This document shows positions 25,418 through 37,525 of a stretch of DNA of 64,000 nucleotides, in pieces. The number at the start of each line of letters is the position of its first letter. Position 1 is the stretch's first letter. The DNA comes from Lama guanicoe (Eukaryota): NCBI GenBank assembly GCA_013239625.1, contig MU053520.1, positions 1,207,103 through 1,271,102 on the forward strand, read 5' to 3'. The notes beneath the pieces are model-generated. The model made no database searches, was not told the origin of the DNA, and saw only the letters and a list, made by a program, of their open reading frames with translations. The translations under genes were made by a program, and so were the position numbers.

Positions 25418-25629
25418 CAGTGATTCTCAACTGAGTACAATTCCCCCACCCCCCACCCCAAGAGATATGGCAAAGTCCAGAGACATTTTGGTTGTCACCA
25501 CTGGTGATGTAACAGTACCATCCAGAGCAGAGAGAGGCCAGGAAGCTGCTAACTATCCTGCACAGAAGAGCTCCCATGACAAAGAATTGCCCAGCCTCAT
25601 ATGTTAGTAAGGTCAGATGAAAAACCCTG
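25418..25629. mobile_element. MER20-like hAT-Charlie DNA transposon (MITE)
   Basis: cagtgattctcaac...agagacattttggttgtcac...gaggccaggaagctgctaa...acaaagaattgcccagcc...aaaccctg. Confidence 0.85.
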
Positions 25630-25639
25630 CCTTTAGTTC

Positions 25640-26985
25640 CCTCTCGTCTTCATTTTATCCCTCTTCCACTTTAAACTCAACAGCCCATCACAACATCACT
25701 CTTTAGCAAGTATTCTCAATTCTTTTACACGTATCACCTTCCATCGCCACTCTTTGGAAAACTCCCCATCCTGTGTTGGCTTCTGACACCCTAAAAAGAC
25801 CACAAGGAACACCTGTTGGTTGAGCAACACTAAGGTGATTTAGGTTACTACAATAAAGAAGAATGTCATCTTGACAAGGTATTAGTAATATCTTGGAAGA
25901 GAGCTGTCAGGAAAAGATATATATGGGGTTGTATGCTTGCATTAGGTGACTTTAAGACAAGTGTTAAAATATAGGGAAATAATTGAGAATGGCAGAATTT
26001 ATGACACACCAGCTTTGGATTGTTTGACACAGTGATATGAAGATCTTGAAGTAATTCTTGATAAGCAAGCTGCTAGTCTTGATAAGTAAGCTATTTTGGT
26101 CGTTTCACAGTCCTATCTTCCAAGAGCAAATATTTTTTGAAGCAAGGAGTTAAGTTAGTTTTGTTTTGGGGTTTTGGGTTTGTTTGATTCCAGCACTTTT
26201 ATAGCACAGAATCAGAAGAGTATTCTGTATACCAGAGTTGGTCAACATAGAAACAGAACAGTATGTTGGTTTTGGTTCTTAGTTGTTAATTACTTAACTA
26301 CTTAACTTCAACTAAGCAGCTCAATATTGAGGAAGAAAATCACACAACTGGGCAGCTTGGTAGCGCTGTGAAGTTATAATTGTCAATTCCAGCAGTCACA
26401 AAACACCTATCAGCCATCTTACTGTGTCTCCAGTAAGTTTATCTTCCTTTCCTTACTAATTGCATTTCTAGTCACCAAAAACCTCTCTCCGCCAATGAAC
26501 TTGCCTTGAACTTCACAGAGACAACACCACCAATCAGATAGGAATGCTACATTTTCTCTCCTTCATATCTCGTCTCATGTCTCTCTGCTCTTGGTCATAC
26601 TTATCTACTTTAAATTCCTCCCTATTGCTTTAAAATCTTCAAACATACTGTTGCCTTTTTCTGGAAAAGTAACCTCTTTCCATTTTTAATCTGATTTAAA
26701 CATTTCCATCCTTCAAGTGTCAGTTTAATTGCCATTTCCACAAATAAAATCTTGTCCTCACTTCCCAGTCCTAGTGCCCCATCTCAATTCTATTCTGTCA
26801 TAACATCCTCTTTCAGTCTTTTCATTTATAACTAACAAAATTTAGTCAACTTTTTGCGTGTGATTGTGTGTTTAATATGAGGACTCATACCTGCTTTATT
26901 TATCACAGCAGACTCCAGCATCTACTGTGTCAAAGATGGTAGACATGCATTAAGTGTTTGATGAGTGGCTGGTTAAATAACTAAA
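25640..26985 (+). mobile_element. LINE-2 fragments interrupted by an LTR-like insert (~25775-26285)
   Basis: Pyrimidine-rich L2-like sequence on both sides; L2 3' end (catccttcaagtgtcag...taagtgtttgatgagtgg) near 26710-26975. Confidence 0.5.
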
Positions 26986-27416
26986 CTTGCTCAGAGAGCC
27001 TGAATAAATTTCCCTGGGTAGAATACCTAGCAATTCCCAGAACTAAGAATAAGCTCAAAATTTGTCTGACTCCCTAAATCACACTGTCTCCTTCATGTTA
27101 CACCACCTTTAGAAACAAATAATTGCCTCTTTGTCTCCCATGGTCTCATTATTTTCCTCAGCCTAGTTCTGTCTATACATCAATATTCGCCTAAGTTTTT
27201 GTGTTTTTTAACGGAATTTTCTGATCTGAGTCTTGAAATACAAGAATTTTTGCTTCTTCAGTCCTACACTGTTCAGAATACAGTTTGAACGTATACATCA
27301 AAGTTTCCGTTCCATTTTTTACAAAATTTATCTTTTCGTTACCAAGTCTCTCTTAACTTTGAATGATATGAACCTTCAAAGATCATTAACTGCTCTTAGA
27401 TCAGATAGAACACTAT

Positions 27417-27820
27417 GTTACTACTTGAGGCAGCCTTGTGATGTATCACTCAGATCTCCCTTCAAGAAAGAGCTCATCACTCAGTTGCAAGGAAGTAGTT
27501 AGTTGGTATTCTTTGGCTATTAGCACTTTCAGGAGCTGCTTAGCTTTTGAACCAAGCCAGTACTCTTCCCAAGTGGCACTTGGCCAATCACTGAGCACCA
27601 TTCTTCCACAGGTGGAATTCTCTAACATGCCATTTTTCTTCCAGAACTGTCCAGTGGGTTGGCTGACACTGCCTGATCTGTTTGAAGCTGAGCCTCTCCC
27701 TCCCTAGTCTCACTGCTTTCCTCCTCTCCTTTCCTTTATGATCGTAAGGCTTTCTCTGCTCCATAAATTTCTTGTACTGCATCTGAATGTCCACTTCCAG
27801 GAGAACTTAAATTACAGACT
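27417..27820 (+). mobile_element. LTR16-like ERVL solo LTR
   Basis: ctcagatctcccttcaagaa...ggccaatcactgagc...ctgctttcctcctctcc...cttccaggagaacttaaattacagac. Confidence 0.7.
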
Positions 27821-28809
27821 AGCACAGGACTACCTTTCTGTGCAATTGGGCAAATCATTTTACTCCAAGGCACCAAGTATTTACTGAACACCCATGTGAA
27901 AATGGAGTGGGCCCAACGTGTTTTAAGAGCTTGCTGTGTGCGAAGCATATTGTGTGTTAGCTTGGGGAATGTTTACAATAATTTAAGAGGTAGGGATCAG
28001 TGTCATTTCAGAGTGAAGTTTAAGTGCTCTGTCAGTTTCACCCAGGAAGTCAGGAACAGATCTGATGGACGAAACAAATCTCTCTGACTTAAAATCATGG
28101 ACTCTGGCTGTTACGCACAGGATCCCCCACAGTAAAGTAAGATGTTAGTCACTGTGAATGATACCAGAATCGCAAGATGCTCTTTGCCCTCGAGCATTTG
28201 TAAGGCTCTTGTTCTAAAAAGTTATGTTTCTGTGAAATAGAAATTAAATGCCCTATTATTGTGGATAAGACCCAGGAAGCTGTAGAAACCCCCATGCTAA
28301 GTAGAATGACTATTGCTATGTTACCCTTACAGTTAGAGTTGGCCATACTATACCCCAGATTTTAAATTGAATGTCAAATTTAATTTGCCTGAGGAAGCCT
28401 GAAGCTCAAAGTCTATCACAGATCACAGAGCCAGACCTGATGGCTGCCTGATAAATCAATTTGATAAAGAGGATAGGGGAGTGGATGATAAATCACTGTT
28501 TAGGGCATCCTTGCCTCTTAGTCCCCTCATCCCCAAAACAGCTCAGCATCCCATTTGAAAGGATTTTGTCTCTGTAAGCTAAACATCAAAGAAAATATAC
28601 CATTCCAGATAATGGAAAAGGCTCAGCCCACAGACCTCTCCTACCACGGATTTTCATTACCATGTCCCTGTCTTTCCAAATCCTAATTTTCAAGGTTCAA
28701 CTGCAACCTTACTTGTAGGAGGAAGATTCATTTCCCTATCTAATCTTCACTGATCTCTTTTTTTCTGAATCCAGAATTATTTATAATCTGATGATACATT
28801 TTAACATTT

Positions 28810-29420
28810 TATTCTTTCATTCTTTTATTCAACACACATTCATTGACTGCTTGCTACTGTCAACCTTTAGTAGTCACCATGACAGACATAAAGAGAGGCA
28901 AAGGCTTCTCTGCCTTTGGGACGTGAAATCTAGTTGAGGCAGCACAAATTCGAATGACCTTAAGGAAGCATGAACTACAAGGGCTTGGATTTTTATTCAG
29001 CCTTGCCAGTTACTAGATGAATGAGTTAAGCTCTTTCTATCTAATATGTCTTAAGCTATAAAAGATAGATTAAAAAGATACAATAACGCAGAGCACTGCC
29101 AAGGTCAAATGAAATAGTATACATAATAACTCTTTTAAATTGTAAATTTCTGTATAGTTGTTAGCTGTTGATAATAATAGTATTATTAATACATTGTCAT
29201 AATGCAAAATAAAATAAGTGACATAGTAGAGATACAAATGAAGTGTTATTTAAGTACAGCTGATGGTTTGTGGAAATAATATTTAAATTAAGCTGGTAAG
29301 GATGAGTAAGATTTTGGCTTTGCAGAATGAAAGGTGGGCAATAAAGATTGAGAGGGTATTATAATCAAATACAAGGCTACGTGAAAACATAGCATGTTTA
29401 AGAAGTAAGTAATCTCATGG
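28810..29420 (-). mobile_element. LINE-2 3' fragment with inserted MIR (~28960-29190)
   Basis: cattcttttattcaacacacattcattgactgc L2 tail; MIR-like gcactgccaaggtcaaatgaaatagtatac. Confidence 0.5.
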
Positions 29421-31819
29421 TTCTGAATTATTTTATGTGGGGATGGATATACTAATACTAAGAAATAAGATTTGAAAGTTATCCTTGATTGTCACACTAA
29501 AGAGTGTGAACTTTCTTGTGTAGGGATGTTCTCGTAGTAGACATGGCTTTTGTTTTGTCCTATGGTTTTCATTGTTTTCCTGACAAGTTTTCTTTTGCTC
29601 AGCATCCTCCCCCTTCTCCGTGGCACTCTGGTGTGACTTTTTAATATGAGAACCCACCTGCTAACCCCAGTGTCAGTCATGCAACTCAGGCTAAAATTAC
29701 GTGCCCTGGCCTAGAAATATGCATTTGGGGCAAAACCTTATAGGGACTGATTATGATTGGAGCTGAGTAATTCAAATATCGAGTTCTAGAGAAGTTCTGA
29801 TTCTCAGATCTCTATTGGTTCCCACTCTTGCTCTCTCTAGGGCCTGACCCTTCAGCTTTTCTTTTGACACATTGTTACAGCTTTTGTTGGCCAGAATTAC
29901 CTTCTACTTACTGCAGGTCACCACACACCTCCAACACAGCAATGAAGAACTTTGAGGAGGAGATTAATACAATCTGACTGTAGTTTAGCATATGTAGGAT
30001 AAATGACTTTTTAGAAAAAAAAAGTTCATTTTAAGAGATTATTATAATAATAATGAGGATCTAGAATTATTCCAACATATTCATACTAGTTTAAACTTCT
30101 AGATGCTTACCTCTATCTATAACTCTTCCCTGCTTAAAATCCTTCAGAAAGCACACAACTTACAAGAAAATTAAAAAAAAAAATTTGGCAAAGTATGCAA
30201 GTTCCTCAGTTCTGGCCATCATTTTCATTTCCAACAGTACATTGTTACTCCTTTTAAGGTCTCCTAATTTCAGACCTCTTGGAAGCTACTCACCACTACT
30301 CAGACCTCTTGACTTTTTTGCCTCTGTGCCTTACTGAACTTCCAGAGACCTGGCCTTCAGATATAGTTATAAGAATGTCACTCTGGAAAAAAGCATGAAG
30401 GGAGAAAGCTTATTTTGTTCTGAAGCAATAGAACACAAACATTTCACCCTAGCACTCTGCGCATTTGTGTCTCTCTGAATGGCATCAGCAAATTTATTAG
30501 CAATCCAGGCACCTTGGAGGTGCAGTGACATTATCATGTTAATGTCTTAAGAGGTAAAACAGTTGACTTTGTTCTGTTCTGAAGGTGTTGCCCTTTCTAT
30601 TTTAATGGCAGGGTTTCTCTACCCTGCCAGGCAGATTACGTCTGTAAATCTTATTAACAGTGATGGTGCTGCTGTGAAGCTCTGGACCGGCTGCCCTGGT
30701 GCCCTCCCAGGCAGCTTTGCATGTAAGCCAGTGGGATGCTACCTGGTGACCCGTGTGGCAAGTCTGTGAGAAAACGTGGACGAGAAACGTGGTGATTACT
30801 GGCTAGTGTTTGTTGGTTGATGGCATTTACTGGGCTTTAGGACTGCTCGCAGTTGAAGGGGAAATTTGCCTCGTGACCTTGGGAAGTCTGTGAACTAACT
30901 GAAGGTTTACAACATGCATATATGAAGAGAAAGTGAATTAGAACCTAAGAGAAGACGGCCCACCAGCAAGTGCAAGGTGACAACTGAGGCAAAGGCAGAG
31001 CATTCTGGAAGCGGCATGCTATCCACCTATCCTTTTCCATCCCTGGTCCCCGTCACTAGGGGAAGTAATCTAATAACACTGGCGGCACCCCACGCTTGAT
31101 CTCTTAGTGCTTGCCTTTCGAAACTCTAATTAATATTTACCTGCCTGTCTTCTCCACTGGGCTTTAAACTCCTACCTGACTTAATAGCTATAACCCACCC
31201 CTTCGTGCATTACCTGGAACAGATTAAAAACTCAATCATGTAATATTAAATAAGGAAATCGATGTTGTTTATTGCAAAGATTTCATTTATTTTAAGTAAA
31301 GGTTAAGAGGTAAAATTGTGGCATACAATTTAAGGGTGGATCATCTTTGAATAGTATCAACATTATTGTTTTAAAACGTTTTCAATAATATTTGGCCTCT
31401 GAAATTCCACTTCATAAGGTAAAGGAAGAAATCTTTCTTCTCCTTCCCTCCAGACCATTAGTAGATTTTCATGTAAATCCTTCTATACATTATTAAACCT
31501 CTATACATTATTCTTTAACACTTAAAATCTCTATTTAAAGTGCTAAAATGTGTAATTTTGAGAGACCACATATTATTAAAAAGAAACATTTAGCATGATA
31601 GCATCCCCGTGCATGAATTTTTAACAAAAATGCAACAAATATTTTTGAAAATAAGTAATATAAACTGTGTGTGTGTGCACACACAATGTGTTTATGGATG
31701 CATATTTGCATGTGTGTGGTCTTGATCTCACTACTGTAGTTTAGAAACAATAAAAACATTGTAAGTTCCCCTGAAAATTTTAGCTATTTGAAAGTGCATA
31801 GACCACCCTACATTTAACT

Positions 31820-32440
31820 GCAATAATTCAAAATATAATTATTGGGCATCATTTGTATACAAAGCACAAAAATGCAAAATAGTCCCTGTTCTCCAGATAA
31901 TAATGGTACTGTGAGGAAGAAATACACACAAATACAAAATATCAATACCACTTACAATACAACAAGTGCAGGGTTGCAAGTATGCCTAGGGTGCCATAGA
32001 GATGCAGAAAAGATGTAGTTCAGTTTTTTGTCCAGTGTTTATGAATGTGTGTGCTCATGTCTGGGCAAGAGCAGGTATAAAAGATTTTCTAAACTGAATC
32101 TGAAATAAAGTAGGATTTACTGAACCCAAGAAAGCAGGTAGAAGTTCATGTCCAGCATCATAAAGATGTGAACCAAGGTCCTGACCTGTGTGTAACAAAC
32201 TGAAGACCCTTTGTGGTGATGAGAGGGTAGATTGTAGGATGGACAAGGGGAGAATGAAGGTGGGAAAGCTGGCAGCAGCCATAACATAGAGAAGGCTGCA
32301 TGCTGCCTTAGTGAGCTTGTGCTAATCCTAGCAGACCAAAGGGTTTTACTTGTGTTTTTGCTGTAGGGTAAGGGACATGGTCCACGTGATTAATTAGTGG
32401 TGTGTAGAAGCAGCGGGGTGTAGAGAGAATGTGTGTAGAT
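31820..32440 (-). mobile_element. LINE-2 3' fragment
   Basis: attcaaaatataattattgggcatc..atagtccctgttctc..aaactgaatctgaaataaagtaggattt. Confidence 0.55.
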
Positions 32441-32570
32441 TCTAATAAGTCACCTTTCTACCTTCTCCCATTGCGTATTGTCCAATGATGTTAGTAGCTC
32501 ATATTTACTTAGTATTTACCATGTGCTAGACACAATTTTAAGCAGTTTAATACGTGTTAAATTAAGCGAT

Positions 32571-32967
32571 TGTACTTGTCTGTTAGGAATGCCAAAACAA
32601 AATTCCATAGACCCGGTGGCATTAACAATAGATATTTATTTCTCACAGTCCTGGAGGCTAAGAAATCTGAGACCCAGGTGCTGGCAAGGTAGGTGTCCTG
32701 CTGAGGCTGTTTCTCTTGGCTTGCAGACTGCCACTGTCTTCCTGTGTGCTCTCACGTCCTCTTCTTCCCAGGTGCCTGGAGAAAGGAAGAGAGCAATCTA
32801 TCTCTTTTGCTCTTCTTAGAAGGCCGCACATCCTACCAGATTAGGGCCCCATCCCTATGACCTAATTTAACCTTAATAATGCCCAAACCCTCTGACTCGA
32901 AACACAGTCACACTGGGGATTAGGGCTTCAACATATGAATGTTGGTGGAACAGGTCAGTCCATAGCA
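32571..32967 (-). mobile_element. MaLR solo LTR (MLT1A/B-like) inserted in a MIR
   Basis: tgtacttgtctgttagg..atttattttctcacagtcctggaggct..ggattagggcttcaacatatgaat..cagtccatagca; MIR halves at ~32490-32565 and ~33125-33190. Confidence 0.85.
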
Positions 32968-33001
32968 GAAATTCTCACCAAAAAAAAAAAAAAAAAACAA
33001 G

Positions 33002-33090
33002 NNNNNNNNNNNNNNNNNNNNNNNNNNNNNNNNNNNNNNNNNNNNNNNNNNNNNNNNNNNNNNNNNNNNNNNNNNNNNNNNNNNNNNNNN
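33002..33090. other. Assembly gap (89 N)
   Basis: Run of N. Confidence 1.
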
Positions 33091-33191
33091 CCATAGCAGA
33101 AATTCTCAAAAAAAAAAAAAAAAAATCAGTGAGTAAAGACAGGTACTACTACCACCCTATTTATAGTTGAGGGAAGTGAAACAGAAATTAG

Positions 33192-33330
33192 TGTCACAGC
33201 TTGGCTTCCTCAAGAGCAGACACTGAGACAGGGTTGAGGGGACAGATAAGAAGAAGCAGGTGCAAGGACAAAATGCAATGGACAATTAATGAAATGATTT
33301 TACTAAGGAGTTAAACCCTGAGAGTAACCG
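33192..33330 (-). mobile_element. LTR terminal fragment (ERVL/Gypsy-type)
   Basis: tgtcacagcttggcttcctcaagagcagacactgagacagg resembles antisense LTR16/LTR33-type ends. Confidence 0.5.
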
Positions 33331-34469
33331 GCCTAGTGGATTCCATCAGGTCTGTGAAAGAAAATCGGTCATGCAGCACCACTCATTTTATTTCTTGAAG
33401 CTCTTGAACTAGGATGTTGATACTCTAGGTGACGTAGTGCATCGTGTGGGTTACCTGTCCTACAAGGGCAGGCATGACCTGAACAGTGATGAATTGATGA
33501 AGTGATAGACTTGGGTAGTCTGGTATCATCACCAATGAATCACTAATGAAGACTGGATTACCCAAGGAGAATTTTGGCCCATGCATCTTCAACTGGAAGA
33601 GTGAGTCCTTCAAAGTTCACATCAAGTCAGGGGGCTTCTGTAGATTCTGGGGAAAGGGACCAGCTGCCAGGCAACCCAAAGTCCTAACAGGGTCTGGGCA
33701 GTTGGTTATGGTTTTTCTTGATGCCAAGTTAGGCAAGAAGGCAAATAATTGGGAAAGTAAGTTCAGAGAATTATATCCAGGTATTGAAGAAAACTGGAGT
33801 AATTAAACATTTGGGGAGGATTGACAATTTAAACAAAGTAACAGGATTTATAAGGTAGGTGCCAACATTGTGGGGGTTTATTTTGGTGAGGAAGGAATGT
33901 CAATTAAATCTCTATCAGTTAGAGTTTGCTTATCATCAGTTATCAACAATTTATAGAACTTCAAAGTAGCTTGAAGACATTGAATAGGGCTAGATTCTGG
34001 TAACCTGGAAGAGCGTGCTATAGACCTGGGCACAGGTGCTGAGGGACAGGCATGTTGCCTTGTGGAAGAGATTTCTGTATCTATATTGCTAAGGGAGTGA
34101 AGATGGGGTGGGAAGTACTCTTAAAGGGAAGGGAGGGGGCACAATTGGCAGGCTCAGAAGGTTCTGAGGAGTTCAGAGAGGCAAAGTCTTCCAGGGTACC
34201 CATCAAATGTTCCCAGTGTAAGGATTCCAGGTTCTCCTAACAAGGGACCTGATCTTGGCATAATGACTTGCCTTGGTTGAATGTTTATTAGTATTTTTGA
34301 TGTCCAGCTACTCTGTTAAGTCCTGAACTTGATCCTTAGCTTTCTTTGCCCTCTGGCTGGAGGAAATGATAACTACTTTGTAATCAAAGAGATCCTCTGG
34401 CTTTCATTTCTGGCTTTCAATTGCTTGTAACTTGTCTTTGGCTATTTATTATTATCTTTCTGTGAGCAA

Positions 34470-34652
34470 AAGTCTTAAAGAGTGTTTGTGGACCAGCAGA
34501 ATTAGAATCACTTAGGAACTTGTTAGAAATGCAATTTCCTGAGCTCCACCCTCGACTTGCCAAATCAGAAACCCTAGTGTTGGGACAAAGCAGTCTGTGC
34601 TTTAACAAGCTTTCAGTAGTTCTGATGCACATTTGAGTCTGAGAGCTGCCAC
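34470..34652. mobile_element. MER5A hAT-Charlie MITE
   Basis: ggaccagcag..aatcactt.ggaacttgttagaaatgca..aatcagaaac..tttaacaagc..ttctgatgcac. Confidence 0.85.
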
Positions 34653-34978
34653 AAAATTGCATTAATGATGCCTAGCAATAACTCTCTAACCCTAGTGTCC
34701 TTATATCTACCATTTTGGTTTTTTTCGGTAGAGCTCAATACATTATACTGAAATGTATGTAATGTCTAATACATTATATTATAACACATTTCTATCAGTT
34801 ATATTTCCTCCTAATTCACCACTGCTGAAAGTTTCAATAGGCTGTTGCCTTGGGCCAGAGTCCTCTGTTCTCCATCCACCAACTGTGATGGGGGGAATGG
34901 TCCCCATTGTCAGCCAGGTGTCCACAACTCCAAAGCCCCATGATCATTCCACTTGTGTTCTCAGACCACTTCTGGTAC

Positions 34979-35397
34979 TGTCACAGGTCAGGTTCTCCAG
35001 ACACAGAGTTTGAGACAGTTTGAGGTGTCAGACACTTGTTAGAGTCAATACCAGTGAAGGGAATAAGGAGGAAGCAGGACGGAACAGAAAAATAAGTTGA
35101 CTTATGATGCAGGCTTGACAAAGCCTTCATCACCTTGGCAGGGATTCTAAAGCTAATGTTGCCCATCAGAGTGTCCCACATCGGGCAAGAGTGGTCAGCC
35201 CTTTATAATCCTTCCTGGCAAAGTCGCCAGGTACAGACTGACCCAGGAAAGGCATGACCTCTGGTAAAATGGACCCCACAGCTTGAGGCTGACCCTGAAG
35301 GAGCTGAAGGCCAAAGGCTATCTTTAAACCATGCTGTCTGCAGCTGGACATCAAGTCCTCGAAGGGGACCTGGATGGAGTATCTCCCAATCTACTAC
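34979..35397 (-). mobile_element. LTR16-like ERVL solo LTR
   Basis: tgtcacaggtcaggttctccag..ggaggaagcaggac..tgatgcagg..gaaggggacctggatggagtatctc..ctactaca (TG..CA). Confidence 0.75.
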
Positions 35398-36233
35398 ATG
35401 TATTTATTTGCCTAAATTCACATTGGAAGAAGGTGGCAGAGTGAGGCTTTGAAGCCAGTTAGCGTGGCTCCAGTTCTCCAGTTTCCACGCTTGATCACCA
35501 TCTCACTGTAGCACCTAACAGCTCCTGCTGACACAGGCCCATCGAACAACTTTAACAAGGTGACAGGAGTGGGTTCCATTTTCGGTGGATTCTCTATGAA
35601 GTATTGGGAGGCATGGCTATCTTGAGATTCCTTCTATTCATTAGATTTTGTTAGATCCATGCTCCCCGCTGTAAAAAGGCCTGTGCTTTCTGTGATGTAA
35701 CTCTTCAGTGAGATAAACCCAGGGTGTTCACCGTTCCTCTGCAGAAGGAGTACCCCTTGATGGGGGGGAAGTGGGGAGAAAGGCCCCCATTCTGTTGCCC
35801 TGAATTTCACATTTCCTTGTGATTCTCTCACTTTGATGACTACTGTTATCAGAACACTTTTCTTTTTGAGTTATACCTTGGAAATTCTGGGTTTCATCTT
35901 AATATAGAAGTATAGATTTTCTTAAGGTGGCCTCATGACTCAGAGAATAGAGGTGAGAAGGACAATTGTTGATTTTTTTCATGACAACAGAGCCTCAAAT
36001 ATTTCCATTTTAAGGATGGTTTTTAAGGAGGTTTATACTATAGGTAAGAAATAATAGAGATGTTTTAATGAAAGTAGTAATTCAGTCACCAAATTTATTG
36101 TTAGTCTGAATTCTTATTCTTGCCCAAAGTAAATGCATAATAAATATTTCTTGAATGAATGAATCATTATGATTCCAGTGCATCTTGTACTTTGAATTAT
36201 CTTTCAAGTCATAGAAATGATTGTCCCAGAGAA

Positions 36234-36901
36234 TGTGAGTATTCTTACCAGTAAATCATAACGGCAAGACATAGAAGCCAAGAAATTCTTATTTTCTTGG
36301 GTTCCAAGTCCCCTTAAACTTTCTTCCATCCCCCTATGTTTAATCTGTGTTTAATTTTCTCAAGTGATACCATGTCTTAGGGGAAAACAGAAGGAACACG
36401 TGTACAAGCAAACTGTGCAGTTGTCTTTGTTTGGTTCTGCCTTGGGTTTGCTGCCGTGGACAGTTTGTGAGCTGAGTCCCAGCAGGAAGCAGATGGCACA
36501 GCCTAATAAGCAGGATAATTCAAGGTGAATTTAATAAAAAGACAATTTTAAAAGGTGTAAGGGAACCCCAAGGGATGGTGCAGTATCTGGCTTAGTAACA
36601 ACTCTACTCCTTTTTCACTGTTAGGCCAGAAGAGGTAAAGAGAAGGTGTGGTTTCCAGAACCCGTGGGGGGCTCATGCAGAGGGCTGTCTAGACCTGAGA
36701 CCTTTTGGTAAGTGACATGGCCAACCCATGGCAACCCTTCTGGGAGGCAACTGGGATGATGAAATCCCCAGTCTCACTCCCATTCCTCCTTCCAATCTGC
36801 TGCCAGGACTTCCTGTGCCAAATCCACCTAGAAGCAAGAAAACAGAGGTTGTGAGTATTCTTACCAGTAAATCATAACGGCAAGAAATAGAAGCCAAGAA
36901 A
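36234..36901 (+). repeat. 52-bp dispersed direct repeat (36234-36285 and 36850-36901)
   Basis: tgtgagtattcttaccagtaaatcataacggcaaga(c/a)atagaagccaagaaa; 51/52 identical. Confidence 0.97.
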
Positions 36902-37015
36902 GCAAGGGAGGCTGTCGACAGAGTGCAAGGGAACATAGGTCAGCCTCCCAGGTTAAGGGCAGATGAAGAAGGATGAAGAGCAGATTCACAGAGGCACATA
37001 GAAACACCAGCCAGA
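36422..37015 (-). mobile_element. LTR33/LTR41-like ERVL solo LTR
   Basis: gtcccagcaggaagcagatggcac..ctcctcc/ttccaatctgctgccagg..gcaagggag..ggtcagcctcccagg. Confidence 0.6.
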
Positions 37016-37339
37016 ATGAATAGACACTGGGTTAGACTATTTATAGGAACTGATATTTATATGAGAGGGATGATAAATAAACCCAAAGCTTCATGTAAGA
37101 GAGAACACTCACCAATCAAAATCTAAGAAAATGATCTAATTTGGCAAAATTTCTGGGAACTCTAATACAATCAAACGGCTCTTTGCTGTGTGTTTTTAAA
37201 AACACAACTATCCTAATGCCTTCAATGAGTCACAAAATCCTTAGCTCTAACAGCTTGGGAGTGACGGTAAAATCAAGAAGTTTCTTTGCAAGTAAAAAAT
37301 TCTTATTGATTATTGGAAACTTGATGTATTTAGAGAGAA

Positions 37340-37525
37340 ATAAATCTTTAATGTAGAAAGTCAAATAGTAAATATTTTTGGGTTGGCATGCCATAGTCTG
37401 TATTACAGTTACTCAACCCTGCCATTATGGCTTCAAAACAGCCATAAGTAAATGGGCATGACTGTGTTTTAATAAAACTTTATTTATAAAATCATGTGAC
37501 TGGCTGGCTCATGCATTTGTCGATC
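37340..37525. mobile_element. MER58A-like hAT-Charlie MITE
   Basis: aaatagtaaatattttt..gttactcaaccctgccatt..aaacagccata..aatgggcatgactgtgttttaataaaactttattta. Confidence 0.85.

Noticed and set aside
36234..36901. 52-bp repeats as a TSD or LTR pair of an element between them
   Set aside because: Too long for an integrase TSD and the second copy lies inside, not at the edge of, the LTR
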